A stretch of 64,000 nucleotides of DNA from Octopus vulgaris (Eukaryota): the NCBI GenBank assembly GCA_951406725.2, contig OX597843.1, positions 14,446,001 through 14,510,000 on the forward strand, given 5' to 3'. The first letter of the stretch is position 1. Every line of letters starts with the position of its first letter. The notes under the pieces were generated by a model, which did no database searches, had not been told where the DNA came from, and was given only the letters and a program-made list of their open reading frames with translations. Position numbers and translations under genes: made by a program. Below are positions 40,248 through 54,049 of the stretch, in pieces.

Positions 40248-40874
40248 ACCAGGGAGAAATATCAGCCAAATCTCCCTCAAATTACACCCTACTGTCTTAT
40301 ATCAGAAAAGGGCACATCAAATATAGTAATTTAAGGCAGACCCCAGGCAAAACAATAATCATCACCAGTTACACAACATACCCTACACCCCCACCCCCAT
40401 TCCCAACAGTCACCCCTAAGACACCTGCCCTGGATTATCTTCGTTTGTGGGCGTAAACAGCTTGTGAGTGTATAGTAGTTGCTAGCACATTGCTTAATCC
40501 TGCCACCACCTGGTCAGACCCAATCCAGTGGACTTGTGATCACAGATGCTCCAGCTGAGGAGACCAGCTGTGTCCATCAATCCTTTTTTATATACAGTAT
40601 GTGCATGTGTGTATGTATGTATATATATATATACACACACAAACTATATATACACATGTCTATACACTATATATTCATGTATACACATCAGCATTTAACG
40701 ATGATGATGTGTATACATGTATATATAGTGTATAGACGTGTGTATATAGTTTGTGTATGTGCACATGTATATATATATACAAATATACACTATAAATACA
40801 CACACTATATGTACACATATTTATACATGCACACCTCTCTCTCTCTATATATATATATACACACACACACACAC

Positions 40875-40915
<41 letters not shown>

Positions 40916-41346
40916 AATAAAATATGTGCTCCTCCAACTTGATATCTAGCAATGCCCTCGTTTGATTGTTCTCTTCAACATGAGCAAGACGGATACGGTT
41001 TTCCCGTCTTGCTAAGGACCCACTTTTTCCTTTGTACAGATCTGAAAACAATGGGTACCTCTTGCAGCAGGTGTTCAGACAGCTTAGCAGTCTCTGCTGA
41101 CTCACGCCTTCAGTCCATGCTTTGCCTTTCTCAGCTCTACAGACAGCCATTGTGTACAACATACAATAGAGATTGTTGAAGATCAAGTGATGTCCAGGAA
41201 GACACATACACATACATACATCATTGTCATTTAATGTATGATCTCCGTGCTGGAATGGGTTGGATTGTTCTGGCAAGCCAGAAAACTGTGCCAGGTTCTG
41301 CAGTTTGTTTTGGCATGACTGTCATAGGTCAATTCCTCTTTTAATA

Positions 41347-41750
41347 GGCGCAGGAGTGGCTGTGTGGTAAGTAGCTTGTTTACCAACCACATGGTCCCGG
41401 GTTCAGTCCCACTGCATGGCACCTTGGGCAAGTGTCTTCTGCTATAGCCTCGAACTGACCAAAGCCTTGTGAGTGGATTTGGTAGACGGAAACTGAAAGA
41501 AGCCCGTCGTATATATGTATATATATGTGTATGTGTGTGTTTGTGTGTTTGCGTATGTTCTCTCAACATCGCTTGACAACCAATGCTGATGTGTTTATGT
41601 CCCCGTTACTTAGTGGTTCGGCAAAAGAGACCGATAGAATAAGTACTGGGCTTACAAAAGAATAAGTCCTGGGGTCAGTTTGCTCGACTAAAGGTGGTGC
41701 TCCAGCATGGCCGCAGTCAAATGACTGAAACAAGTAAAAGAGTAAAGAGA
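41347..41750 (+). mobile_element. tRNA-SINE family A, full length
   Basis: Near-consensus head and tail. Confidence 0.9.
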
Positions 41751-42685
41751 GAGAATGCCAATCACTTTACAGAGTGTACTGGTTGCTTTTCTATGTGGCA
41801 CCAGCACTGGTGGGGTCGCCAAGTAATGTTGCAAGACAAGAAAAAGTAACCTCAACTGGGGGGTGAGGGAGAGTAGTATGGAGAGAGTTGGTTGTGCCAG
41901 TTGATGAAAGAGTAAAAGAATAATAGAGGGATATCATAGGTGGAGAAAAAGAAAGGAGAGAAAGAAGAGAGGGGGGAGAGATGGTGGAGACGTGTCATGG
42001 CTCAGTGGGGTGGGGCGACCAAATTAGCAGAGGAGGAGAAAGTTCTGAAAGCGTAGTTGCTAGAATGACATTAGGCTGGGCAAAGTTCAGAGAGTAACTG
42101 TCTTTGTTGTTTGTTCCTTCTTGAGCCATGCCTGGCTCATAAGGGCCGGTTTCCCGGTTTCCTTGGCATATAGGTTCCCCACTTGGACAGGACACCGGTC
42201 CATCGCAGGTGAGCTGCAAGATGCAGGAGGGAAAAGTGAGAGAAAGTTGTGGTGAAAGAGTCAGCAGAAGTTTCGCCATTACCTTCTGCCGGAGCCGCGT
42301 GGAGCTTAGGTGTTTCGCTCATAAACACACACATCGCCCAGTCTGAGATTCGAACCCGCGATCCCTCAACTGCGAGTCCACTGCTCTAACTACTAGGCCA
42401 TGTGCCTCCACTGTCTTTGTTGGTAACAAAGGTTGTCTGCCTAAGAGTGAAAGGCTGATTCTATGAAACTAGAGTATGAACATTTATGCTACATGACAGC
42501 AAAACACTATGACTACAGAGGACTTGTGAAGGGCTTGAAATAAACAAAGCAAGCAAGCTCTGCTGGATGGGTAACATCAGTGTGCATATACAACAGAGTA
42601 GGGGATTTAAGAGAATATATATATATTTCGTTTTTGGATTTGGTTTGCAAGATTCTTTATATGAGTTCGTGTGTTGAAGCATATT

Positions 42686-42895
42686 CTGTTGTGTCTGGGG
42701 AGAGTCAAATTTCCACTTTTTCTTATTTTTATTTTCCTAAAATTTTTGTTGTGTCTTGGTCAAAACTATTGAAAAGGTTGCAAGACACAACGAAAATTTC
42801 GGGACAATAAAAATAAGAAAAAAGTGGAAATTTTACCGGTGAGTGTGTTATATTATAAGGCACAAAAAGAAAGTGACTCTCCCCAGACACAACAG
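42686..42895. repeat. Nested fold-back element
   Basis: Outer arms ctgttgtgtctggggagagtca / tgactctccccagacacaacag; inner arms aatttccactttt..gttgtgtcttg / caagacacaac..aaaagtggaaatt. Confidence 0.85.
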
Positions 42896-44835
42896 TATAT
42901 ATATATATATACATATGCAAGTTTCTTCCAGTTTCCATCTGCCAAATCCACCCACAAGGTTTTGGTTAGCTCAAGGCTATAGTAGAAGACACTTGCCCAA
43001 GGTACTACACAGTGGGATTGAACCTGGAACCATGTGATTGGGAAGTAAGCTTCTTACCACACAGCCATGTCTGCACCTACAGTATATATATAGATAAAAC
43101 TTACTTGGAAAAGGATGCGTGGCGTTCGATCATACAATAATATAAATAATGTATATATATATGCATATATATATATAAACCACCATGACCGATATCCAAT
43201 CTACAGTGGAGAAGGCTAGCCACTGGATTTGGTTAAAAAGAGACGATGAGCGATGGCTAGAAGAATATTGAGTTTAACTTCATAACCAGCTGATCTAGCA
43301 AGCGGGGCCTCATATCAGTGAGCATTGATGCCGTCGAGAGGTAGGCCCCGAAACGGCGCGCATTCTCTCCTGATGACCCCATACACTTGCTGGCTTTCGG
43401 TATGCAGAGCTTTTGACTGGTGCAAGTTGACATGTGCAAGTTGTTTGCAAGACATATACATATATCTACATACCTACATATATATGTATATATATGCATA
43501 TGTGGAGGCGCAATGGCCCAGTGGTTAGGGCAGCAGACTCATGGTCGTAGAATCGCGGTTTCGATTCCCAGACCGGGCGTTGTGAGTGTTTATTGAGCGA
43601 AAACACCTAAAAGCTCCATGGCGCTCCGGCAGGGGGTGGTGATCCCTGCTGTACTCTTTCACCACTCTTTCTCCCGCTCTTTCTTCTGTTGGCCTGCTCG
43701 CTCAACCAGCGGGGTGGCGTCATTCGAAGGCTAAAACAATGCTAAGCACATTGTGACCAGCGATGTGTAACAACATCTGATGGTCTGGTTGGTCACGTGA
43801 TATATACATGCATATATGGGTACAGGACATCAAAAAAGCATTGAACACAATGAGAAACGAAAACATAAAAACAAAAACATAGAAATTAACTTTTTTCGAA
43901 AATATATGTGTGTGTGTATATACACACAGATTTTTGCATGTTTTGCACAATTTCCAGCTTCCAAGACAACATGATGATCTTAAATAAATCAATCACAAGC
44001 ACTGCGTCTCCCTAAAGCATTAAAAAACGACCAGAAACTATGAGAAAAAACCAGAACTTACCATTCTATTGTATAAAATCCTTGAATCTCAGTATGACTC
44101 ACTCTCTCTTTTTAAACTAGAGGCTGTATATGCCTAAGTGGAGATTTATATACAGTTCCAAGTGTGTGTGTGTATATATATTTTTATAGAGATTTTTATA
44201 TACACTTTTATCTGTATAATTCCAAATATATATTTCCGCTGGTATATTATTTCCGTTCCTTAGGTAAATCCAAAATTAATCCAATTCGTTTGTTGTAATC
44301 CAATATTCCAAATGAGATTCTTTAATTAAGAAGAAATAGAAATGTATAAATTAATTGCAGTATTAAATTAATTCAGATTTTTTTTTAAATTATATAAAAA
44401 AAAAAATTCAATTTCAAAACCAGCAACATTTTTTATAATTTTTTATTTGTACTATAGACAAAAAGCTTGAAATTTTGTGAGGAGGGGCTAGTTGATAACA
44501 TCAATCTTAGTGCCTAACTGATACTTATTTATCAACCCCAAAACAATGAAAGGCAAAATAAACCTCAGTGGAATTTGAACTCAGAACGCAAAGTTGAAAG
44601 AAACACTGCTAAGCATTTTATGCAGCATGCCAACGATTCTGCCAGAATTTGGTTTTTATAAGAATCCTTTCAACTTTAGAAACATTCGGTAAATACTTGA
44701 GACAAGTGGATTCATTTTAGTTTCAGAAGTGACATGGGTACGTGGCAATTGACAAGCTGCAGCAACAGGGAGCGGTGGGTGAAGAAATTTCTTTTGCCAA
44801 ACACTCTGGAGTGCATTGCATGTTTTTTAACAGGA

Positions 44836-45197
44836 TCTATATATATCAACGGCAAAATGTTTGTGTGTGTGTCCTTTATACAAATCCACAATTTTTCAGT
44901 TAGAGGGCTTGCACTTTCTATGGTCATTCAAAACCGTCCAAGGGTGGTCATGCATATCTTTACATTTTCCCAGTCACCACACAAAGTCATTAAAAAATCA
45001 ATAGAAGTGACTTTTTTGTGAATTTTCTATCCAAAACCCAATCAAAATGCCTGAAACTTGATACGCCAATTGAATGCCAGCCAGCTGTATGTGATTGGTC
45101 AGAGATTTGGACAGTACTTGCGTGTATGTGTGCATGCACGCAGCTGTATATGCATGCACTAGCACTATGACCCGGCGTTGCCGGGTCATAGTGCTAG
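44836..45197 (+). mobile_element. Non-autonomous Helitron
   Basis: A|TCTATATATAT...ctagcactatgacccggc-gtt-gccgggtcatagtgCTAG|T. Confidence 0.85.
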
Positions 45198-47004
45198 TAC
45201 ATTTATAAAACATTTTCCCCTTGTGAGTAAATCTTGTAGATAGATGAAAACTGTGTAGAATTCCATCATGCGTGGATGGATGGATCCTTGTCCCATCACT
45301 TGACAAGGTGCTGGTTTGTTTACATCCACAAGGTTTTGGTTGGTCCAAAGCTATAGTAAAAGACATTTGTCCAAAGTGCTGCAAAGCAAGATTGAACCTA
45401 GAACCATATGGTTGAAAAATAAACTTCTTACCATCAACCACACCTGTGCTTAAGCAGCAGGTAAAAAGTACGAGTTCTGGGGCCACACAAAAAGCACCCA
45501 GTGCACCCTGTAAGGTGGTTGGTGTTAGGAAGGGACTCCAACTGAGAAAACCCTGCCAAAGCAGACAATTGGAGCCCGATACAGCTCCCGGCTTTACCGG
45601 CTCCAGTCAAACCATCCAACCCATGCCAGCATGGGAAACACACATTAAATGGTGACATATATGTTTGAATTATGCAATGGAAGCAGAGTAAAAATACTAT
45701 CAACATAACAATGTATGTGTGTAGTCTAAGTTGCAGTAGATGCAATTTTCATCTGGGAAAAATCCCTTCATAGTGGTACCATGCTAAAAAAGAAAAAAGA
45801 AAACAATACACTTCAGCCCTTGGCATCAGGTTTTGCTTTTTGCAGTGCATTGGTGGCACAACAATAAAGGCCTTCCTAATTAAGCAAGAGTTCTCCCATC
45901 AGATGAAGTGTGAGTTCCCCTGCTGGACAAAGCAAGAGCCCTCCCGCCAGACGAAGTGAGAGTACCTCCATTGGATTAGGCCACAGTCTTATTCTGATGT
46001 GACTTTCATCATCATCATCGTTTAACGTCTGCTTTCTATGCTATCATGGGTTGGATGGTTCAACTGGGGTCTGGGAAGCCAGAAGGCTGCACCAGGCCCA
46101 ATCTGATCTGGCAGTGTTTCTACAGCTGGATGCCCTTCCTAACGCCTACTGGATGACTATTGACCACACAAGGAACTCCTGAGTGCTTCAACAAGCCTTA
46201 TTTTTATCCTGCTGGGTGTCCAGCCACCCTCTTCCCAAGAGTAGCAGGCTACCCAAGTGGGGGAATCAATCAATCATGGAACAAGTGGTACTGGTTTACA
46301 TGGTACCACTAACAGGTCTCCTTAGTCTGTGATTGAGATCCCTGACCCAACCTACATTTCAGACCTGGGAGAAACAAAATGGCAACATATATGTTTCTTT
46401 ATTACCCACAAGGGGCTGAACATAGAGGGGACAAACAAGGACAGACAAACGGATTAAGTTGATTACATCGACCCCAGTGCATAACTGGTACTTAATTTAT
46501 CGACCCGGAAAGGATGAAAGGAAAAGTCAACCTCGGCGGAATTTGAACCCAGAACATAACGGCAGACGAAATACGGCTATGCATTTCGCCCGGCTTGCTA
46601 ACGGTTCTGCCAGCTCGCCACCTCACGATGGCAACATATAATTCCCTGTAGCTGCTGTGTACATGAGCTGTCTATGTGATGCCATTGAAAACCAGCAGAC
46701 ATTTTACACTATCGGTAAATACTTGAACAAGTGGATTCCTTTTAGCTTCGGAAGTGACACGAGTACGTGACAATTGATAAGCAGTAGCAAGAGGGAGCGG
46801 TGGGTAAAGAAATGTGTATTTGTTGCTCTTGTGATCTGCAGCAATTTGGACTGCCAAGTCTCTGGAGGACATTTTAAAAACATGATACATTTATAAAACA
46901 TTTTTCTCTGATGGAAACTACAGCTTCTAGTATTTCAACTACACATGTATATTGAATATGTCCCACTCATAGAATTTGTTTATATATGTGTATGTGTGTA
47001 CATA

Positions 47005-47412
47005 TTTTACTCTTTTACTTGTTTCAGTCATTTGACTGTGGCCATGCTGGAGCACTGCTTTTAGTCAAGCAAACCAACCCCAGGACTTATTCTTTGTAAG
47101 CCCAGTACTTATTCTAACAGTCTCTTTTGCCGAACCACTAAGTAACGGGGACATAAACACACCAGCATCGGTTGTCAAGCAATGCTAGAGGTACAAACAC
47201 AGACACACAAACACAGACACATATATATATATATATATACATATATACGACGGGCTTCTTTCAGTTTCCGTCTACCAAATCCACTCACAAGGCATTGGTC
47301 GGCCCGAGACTATAGCAGAAGACACTTGCCCAAGGTGCCACGCAGTGGGACTGAACCCGGAACCATGTGGTTGGTTAGCAAGCTACTTACCACACAGCCA
47401 CTCCTGCGCCTA
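47005..47412 (-). mobile_element. tRNA-SINE family A, full length
   Basis: Near-consensus copy. Confidence 0.9.
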
Positions 47413-48374
47413 TAATTTTACTATATTTATATACATACACACACATGTATACACACACACATATATAATATATAATTATAGTGCTAGTCACAATGTGCTC
47501 CTTCACATCGTATCTGCTTTCTGTTGATACCAACTTGCAGGTCAGGCGAGCAGGCCAACATTCACCCTGAATGGAATGCCAGTACATTGCAGGGTTACCT
47601 ATTCACAGTTGAGCAAACTGAAACCGGGTGGAATGAAGTGTTCTGCTCAAGAAAACAACACACCACTGGTCTGAGAATTGAAACCATGATCCTGTGATCA
47701 TGAGCGCCACACCCTTAGCCAATAGGCCGCGTGCCTTCACATATACATAATATATAGTTCTTTTTTGGAAACGTATGCTATAAAGAACAGTGTAACCCAA
47801 AGAGGCTTTTCTCAGCTCAATATCCACCCACTGTTATTTATAGCTTATCTGCTTTGAGATCCACTCTTCCAAAAAAGAATTATTCCATGTTCTCTTGAAG
47901 CTTATAAATCCTTCTTGTGTCAACGAGAACAGATAACTGTTATCTGACCCCATTAAGATAAAACCAAACAAAAAAAAAACCATAATTTTTAACACAAAAT
48001 ACTTAATGCGCTCATTTCATCATGGTTTGAGTTGTATATTTTAATAACAACAATAATTATATTTAGATATGTATGTATATTATATATTAGTTTCCATGTT
48101 TTTGTGTTTATGTTTTCATTCCTCACTGTAATCGGCATTTTTTTGATGTCCTGTACCCATATATGCATGTATATATACATATAGATGTAGGTATGTACAT
48201 ATACGTATGTATGTATGCATATATTTATATAAGATTTATATTATATATATATATTCATCCGAAATTGCGAGGCTGATCCGGTTCTTGACTGAAGATTGAA
48301 GGCTTCGAATGTCCCATCCATGTTTTTTGTATTGTCTTCTAAATGTTTTGCGTTCTTGTCCCAGTTTGTATTTT

Positions 48375-48431
<57 letters not shown>

Positions 48432-49642
48432 TTGACAGTAATGATAAGACAACAAAAGAATGAAAGAGACCTTCATATTATGTAAATAGAGGATTTTATC
48501 TGTAATATAATGTGACAATTATTCGGTAGCCATGACATCCAATTATTGCTACTGAATAATTGTCACATTATATTTACAGATATATATATACATATATATA
48601 TGAGAAGTCAAAGCAAGAAGACAGATATACATACTTATTCACATATAGGCTTCTTTCAGTCTCCATCATCCAAATCCAAAGACAACGCTTTGGTCAGTCC
48701 AAAGCTAATGTAGAAGACACTTGGTCAAGATGTCACACAGTAGGACTGAACCCCAAACGGCTAATCAACACCAAAAAGGCAATCCTTTTCAATAGAATTT
48801 TGACTATTTTCTAGTACCAAAAGTTTCCTGTTGTTAGAGATCAACAATTTGTCCTCCAAGTTCTAGGTGGACAACAGTGTGAAACCTACACTTTGTTGGC
48901 CCCATGTATCCCTTAAGGTGAAGGCACGTGGTTCAGTGGTTAGGGTAACTGGCTCATGATCCTAAAGTCAGGAGTTCAATTCCCAGCAGCATGCTGTGTT
49001 CTAAAGCAAGCTGCTTCATTTCACGTTGCTCCAGTCCACTTAGCTGACAAAAATAAGAGGTACCTGTATTTCGAAAGGGGCCAGCTTTCTCACATCCTGT
49101 ATCATGCTGAACCTCCCAGATAACTACATTTGATTTATGCAATGAAAGCAGCTCTAAAGTAAAAATACTATGAACATAATGTATGTGTGTAGCAGAGCTC
49201 AGCCATTTACACATTCATTTCACAAGCAGGCTGTTCCATTGACTGGAACGTCATCATCGTAAATAAGAGAGAGAGACAGTTTTTTTTTGTTTTGCTTTTT
49301 TATGTCTCTTAACTGCAAGTCAGAGTTTGCGCCATGGTCCTCAGCTTGTTGGCAGTTGAGTGCTGCAGCTGCAAAGACAAACCTGAGGGTTGCACCTGCT
49401 TGTTGGCCCCAATGCATACATGTCATATGACCATGTTTGATTCGTGCTGAGCTGAGGACCGTACATGAACAATTGCATCATGTTGGTCCCTTGATTGATA
49501 AAGAAACAGGCTGAGCATTGGAGAGAGTACCCCATGTCCAGACTGCAGCACTGACCACTGCACGTGATAATATGCAATATGGTAGTCAACTGACCAATAG
49601 AAACAGACTGCAGAATAGAGACAGCTTAGACTACGACACAGC

Positions 49643-49686
<44 letters not shown>

Positions 49687-51187
49687 GATTCTCATAACCC
49701 AGCAGGTGATGAGACAAAGACATTTCCACAGACCCTGATCCTTATTTAACGAAGATTATAACCCAGGTGATAATTTGTGACTCCTTCACACCAGTACTTG
49801 TGAATGGGGCTGCTCCCTCGCGATACGTTTCTCTGTGTGTGTGTGTCAATGTATGCATAGAAACGTATGTGTATATAAGCGTTTATACATGTGTCTGGAC
49901 ATGTGGCTATGTGCATACGCATGTCTATGCACACATCACACGTTTATGTGTGTGAAGGCGAAGGTAAACAATACGTACACTCCGTGTTTAGGGTTAGGGT
50001 TTTCGTTACACCGAAAACGGGTGGTGTGTGCATTCTTTACCTCTGCCGTGTGTGTGTGTATTTATGAGAACTAGAACGATTCCGTCATTGATATAAGAAT
50101 ATGAGGGGGGGGAGAGGGTAAAAGAGTGAGCGAACAAGATAAGGTGAAGTAGGCATTATTGACGAGAAAGCAAAGTGCTTGCAAATATATACTTATGAGG
50201 GAAACCTCCTAAACTCGTGTAATTTCGAGATATCTTTTCCTACTTTACATCGCATTTCCCCCAGCTTTTTTAAAGAAATTAACGGGTAAAATGAATCTCA
50301 ACTCGAACCGATTTATCCGTCCCCCACGTCGGCCTCGTCGAAAGGATTTCAAAGCATAAAAATAAAGGACACCAAAACTTGTGGATACATGCACACTTAA
50401 TTAGAAAGGAAAAAAATTGTTTAATGCAAAGTCGGTTAGTTGTGAATGAGCGGGCACGGCTGAAGGGCCACGAGGCCTTTCCAACTGGGACCATCCTGTC
50501 TTGTTATGTTTCCTTGCCAGTGTACTAAGGACTATTATCCAGTACCTTCCTCTTTTAAGGCAGTAAGGCGGCTATTTCCAGCGGATCCCATCGCTGGCTT
50601 GGGGAAGGTAGGTAAGAGAAGAAAGCGGGAATGTGGGGGGGAAAAGTGAAAGGTAAGTGGAGAGAGAGAGGGTGGAGAGAGAGAGGGGGGAGATAGAGCT
50701 ATAGAAAGGAAGGGAGAGTAATAGAAAGGAAGGGAGTAATAGAGGGAGGGTGAGGGGAATAACAGAAATCGAGAGAGGGTGAGGGAGCTAGAAAAAATAA
50801 AACAAAAAACCGAAGAGGGGGAGGTTAAAAGGGGAGAAGGTAAGAGAAGAAATTAACGAGAGAAAAAAGGGGGAGGAAGTCAGACTGTGTGATAGAGAGT
50901 GAAAGAGTAAGCTAGAGAGAGAGAGAGAGAGAGGGAAAGGCAGAAGCATTCATACACGAAGAGAGAGAGAGAGAGAAAGAGTAAAATATGAAGTAAGAGA
51001 AAGTAAAAATGTGTATGAGAGAGTGAGAGAAAGAAATAGTAAAATTATTCAAGGAAATGACAGGGAGAGCAAGATATATATATATATATACACACACACA
51101 TACACACATATATATACACATACACACACACATATATACATACACACATATATATACACATACACACACACATATATACATATATAT

Positions 51188-51246
<59 letters not shown>

Positions 51247-51379
51247 CACATATATATATACACACACACACACATATATACACACACACACACATATACA
51301 CACACACATATATATATATATACACACACACACATACACACACACACATATACACACGCACATATATACACACACATAT

Positions 51380-51410
<31 letters not shown>

Positions 51411-51765
51411 CACACACACACACATACAGAAAAAGACAGAGAGGAAGAAAATGTAGGGGAGAGTGAGGAAAGGACAAACGATATGTAGATATACACATAT
51501 ATGTGTCTATCTATCTATATACATAATATATACGTATGTCTGCGCACGAGAAAATATATACATTTTTTTCCACACACACGCACACATTGTGGAGATTAGG
51601 GTTGGTGTTATTGCCCTGGTGTGGATAATACCGTTAACGAAAGTACTCAATACCGTTTGGCAGAGTGCAATAGTTCTATTTTTCCTATTTGCATCACCAA
51701 ACATATGTATACGTGTACATATGTGTGTGTGTATGTATGTATGTGTGTGTGTGTGTGTGTGTATG

Positions 51766-51808
<43 letters not shown>

Positions 51809-51859
51809 GACTATCTTTCGCCATATATATTACACGCACACAGAATATAGAAAGAATTA

Positions 51860-52908
51860 GAGACAGAAAGTGTAGCGAATATGAAAGAGAAGGATATAGA
51901 GTAATAATATTTTACACACACACAATTGCTATATTAGTTATGGTGTCTTTGTGACTGTTAGCTTTTGGCATTATTTTTAAATCACTGAAATGTCTTTACC
52001 TGTGTTGTCGGATCAACTTTCATCCAATTTATTGTTAGGGTCACTCATTTTTATTTAGTTATTTTTGTGTTTTTAATGAGACCCTGTCTGCGGTTTTCTC
52101 ATGTCGTCTGGTCTCATCATAGAGACACTCAGTGAGAAACAGAAATATAAACAGATTGAAAGAGAGTAAGATGTGTGTACATATATATATATATATATAT
52201 AACCTGAGAAGTGTGTGTGTGTTCAAAATTCAGAGAAGTTCGTATATATACCTATATAAGCAGAAAACATATATATTTAGAGAGGTGTGTGTATATATAT
52301 ATATTATATATACATATAGCCCATGTCGCTAATAATTATTATTCGTGAATTTTAACTGAAAGTGATGAATTCGATGGAATCGTTAGAGCATTGGGCCGTT
52401 GAAAAAATAAAAATGCATTAAAGTATTTCTGGTAATTACGCTCCAAGTTCAAATCCCGCCCAGGTCAACTTTGCCTTTTCATATCTTTCCGGAGGTCAAT
52501 AAAATTAAGTACCGGTCAAGTACCGAGGTCCGTTGTAAACGACAAACCACTCCTACAAACAAAATTAGTCGCCACATGCCTAAATTAAAAACAGTTATGA
52601 AATATTTTTCACTAAAATATCTCTGTGTTATTGGGCCAACTTTCACCCATTTTATTGTATGGATCAGTTATTTTTTTTTTTTTAGCGACCTTGGTTGGGT
52701 CGTCTGGTCTTACCAGAGATAGACAAATATAAACACACACATTTTATATACATATATACATATATATATATTTATGTATGAAAAAATTTTTTTTTTGTTT
52801 TCTGCTGAGTTTTTTCTTGAGAACACATTCTTTCGTGGAAAATAGCGATTTTGACGTCTATATCTAGCATATTGACTGTCCACTTTTAGTGGTCAGTCCT
52901 TTAAATTT

Positions 52909-52969
<61 letters not shown>

Positions 52970-53342
52970 GTATATATATATAAACACGCATACACGTGTA
53001 TGTGAAACAGCAATATAGTCACGTTGTACATTGAAAAGATATATCACTATTATTTGTGTTATGTCGCTATGTCATTGATAATTATTACTTGTCGTTATTA
53101 TTGAATATAATTGACTGAAATGTGTTTGCATGGAGTGCCCGGTCAACTTTCATCCAATTCATTGCGGTAAAATTTTCACCTTTATTGCATGGGTCAGTCA
53201 GTGTTGAAGTTTTTTTTCTCTCAGCGGCCCCTGACTTGGTCGTCTGATCTCCCAAGAAACAAACGAATATAAATTTTGCAAGAGAATGAATGAAAAAGAA
53301 AACCCAACAACCTTAAAGAGAAACGGATATAAAGAACAAACC

Positions 53343-53381
<39 letters not shown>

Positions 53382-53930
53382 CCATTACTATGTTTGTGTT
53401 GTCCATGTATGTTTGTTATTAATAAACATTATTCATCCTTATTATTAAATATTATTGGCTGAAATTCCTTTACCTGGATTGTCTGGTCAACTTTCATCCA
53501 ATTTTTATTGTAAAGATCAATTTTTTTTTTTTTTTTGGCGACCCTGCTTGGATCGTCTGGTCTCGCAAGAGAGACAGACAGACAAAGAAATGTAAATATA
53601 TATAATTTTTGAAAGAGAATGAATGAAAACAAAGTTAGGGAAATCCCTTAACAACCAAGAGAAAAAGGTATACATATATACAGAGTAAATCATGTACAAT
53701 GATATCTATTTATATCACCATTGCTGTGTCGTGTGATCCATGTCGCTGTTTATGTTATTAATAATAACCATTATTCGTCGTTATTATTAAATTTAATTGA
53801 TTGAAATTTCTTTACCTGGGTTGTCTGGTCAACTTACATCCAATTTAATGTAAGGGTCAGTCAATTTTTAGGTGGTCCTGGCAGGGTTTTTTCTGTCTGC
53901 CGCTCTCATGTCGTCTGTTCTCGCCACACA
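51860..53930 (-). repeat. Five-unit degenerate tandem array (core ~340 bp) with exon-like ends
   Basis: Shared caactt(t/a)ca.cca, gtcgtctg.tct and (in most units) ccatgtcgct blocks near 52000, 52630, 53140, 53480 and 53820. Confidence 0.8.
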
Positions 53931-54010
53931 AATATTTGAATCGTGTGTTGTTGTTGTGTGTCGTCTTTGCCGGCGGTTGGACCAGCACGGAGGGAGTGCG
54001 CATGTCAGAG
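53816..54010 (-). promoter_or_regulatory. Candidate first (5'-UTR) exon and TSS region
   Basis: CpG-rich unique sequence; donors ggat|GTAAGT (53837) and ccag|GTAAAG (53815); uORF MRAADRKNPARTT* (53909-53868); long GA/CT tract upstream. Confidence 0.45.
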
Positions 54011-54049
54011 AGAAGAGGAGCGGTGCAATGTAAAAGCAAGGATGGATGA

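Noticed and set aside
40920-41200. Non-repetitive part of ORF 40845-41276
   Set aside because: No recognisable host domain or splice sites; at best a faint RTE-like remnant.
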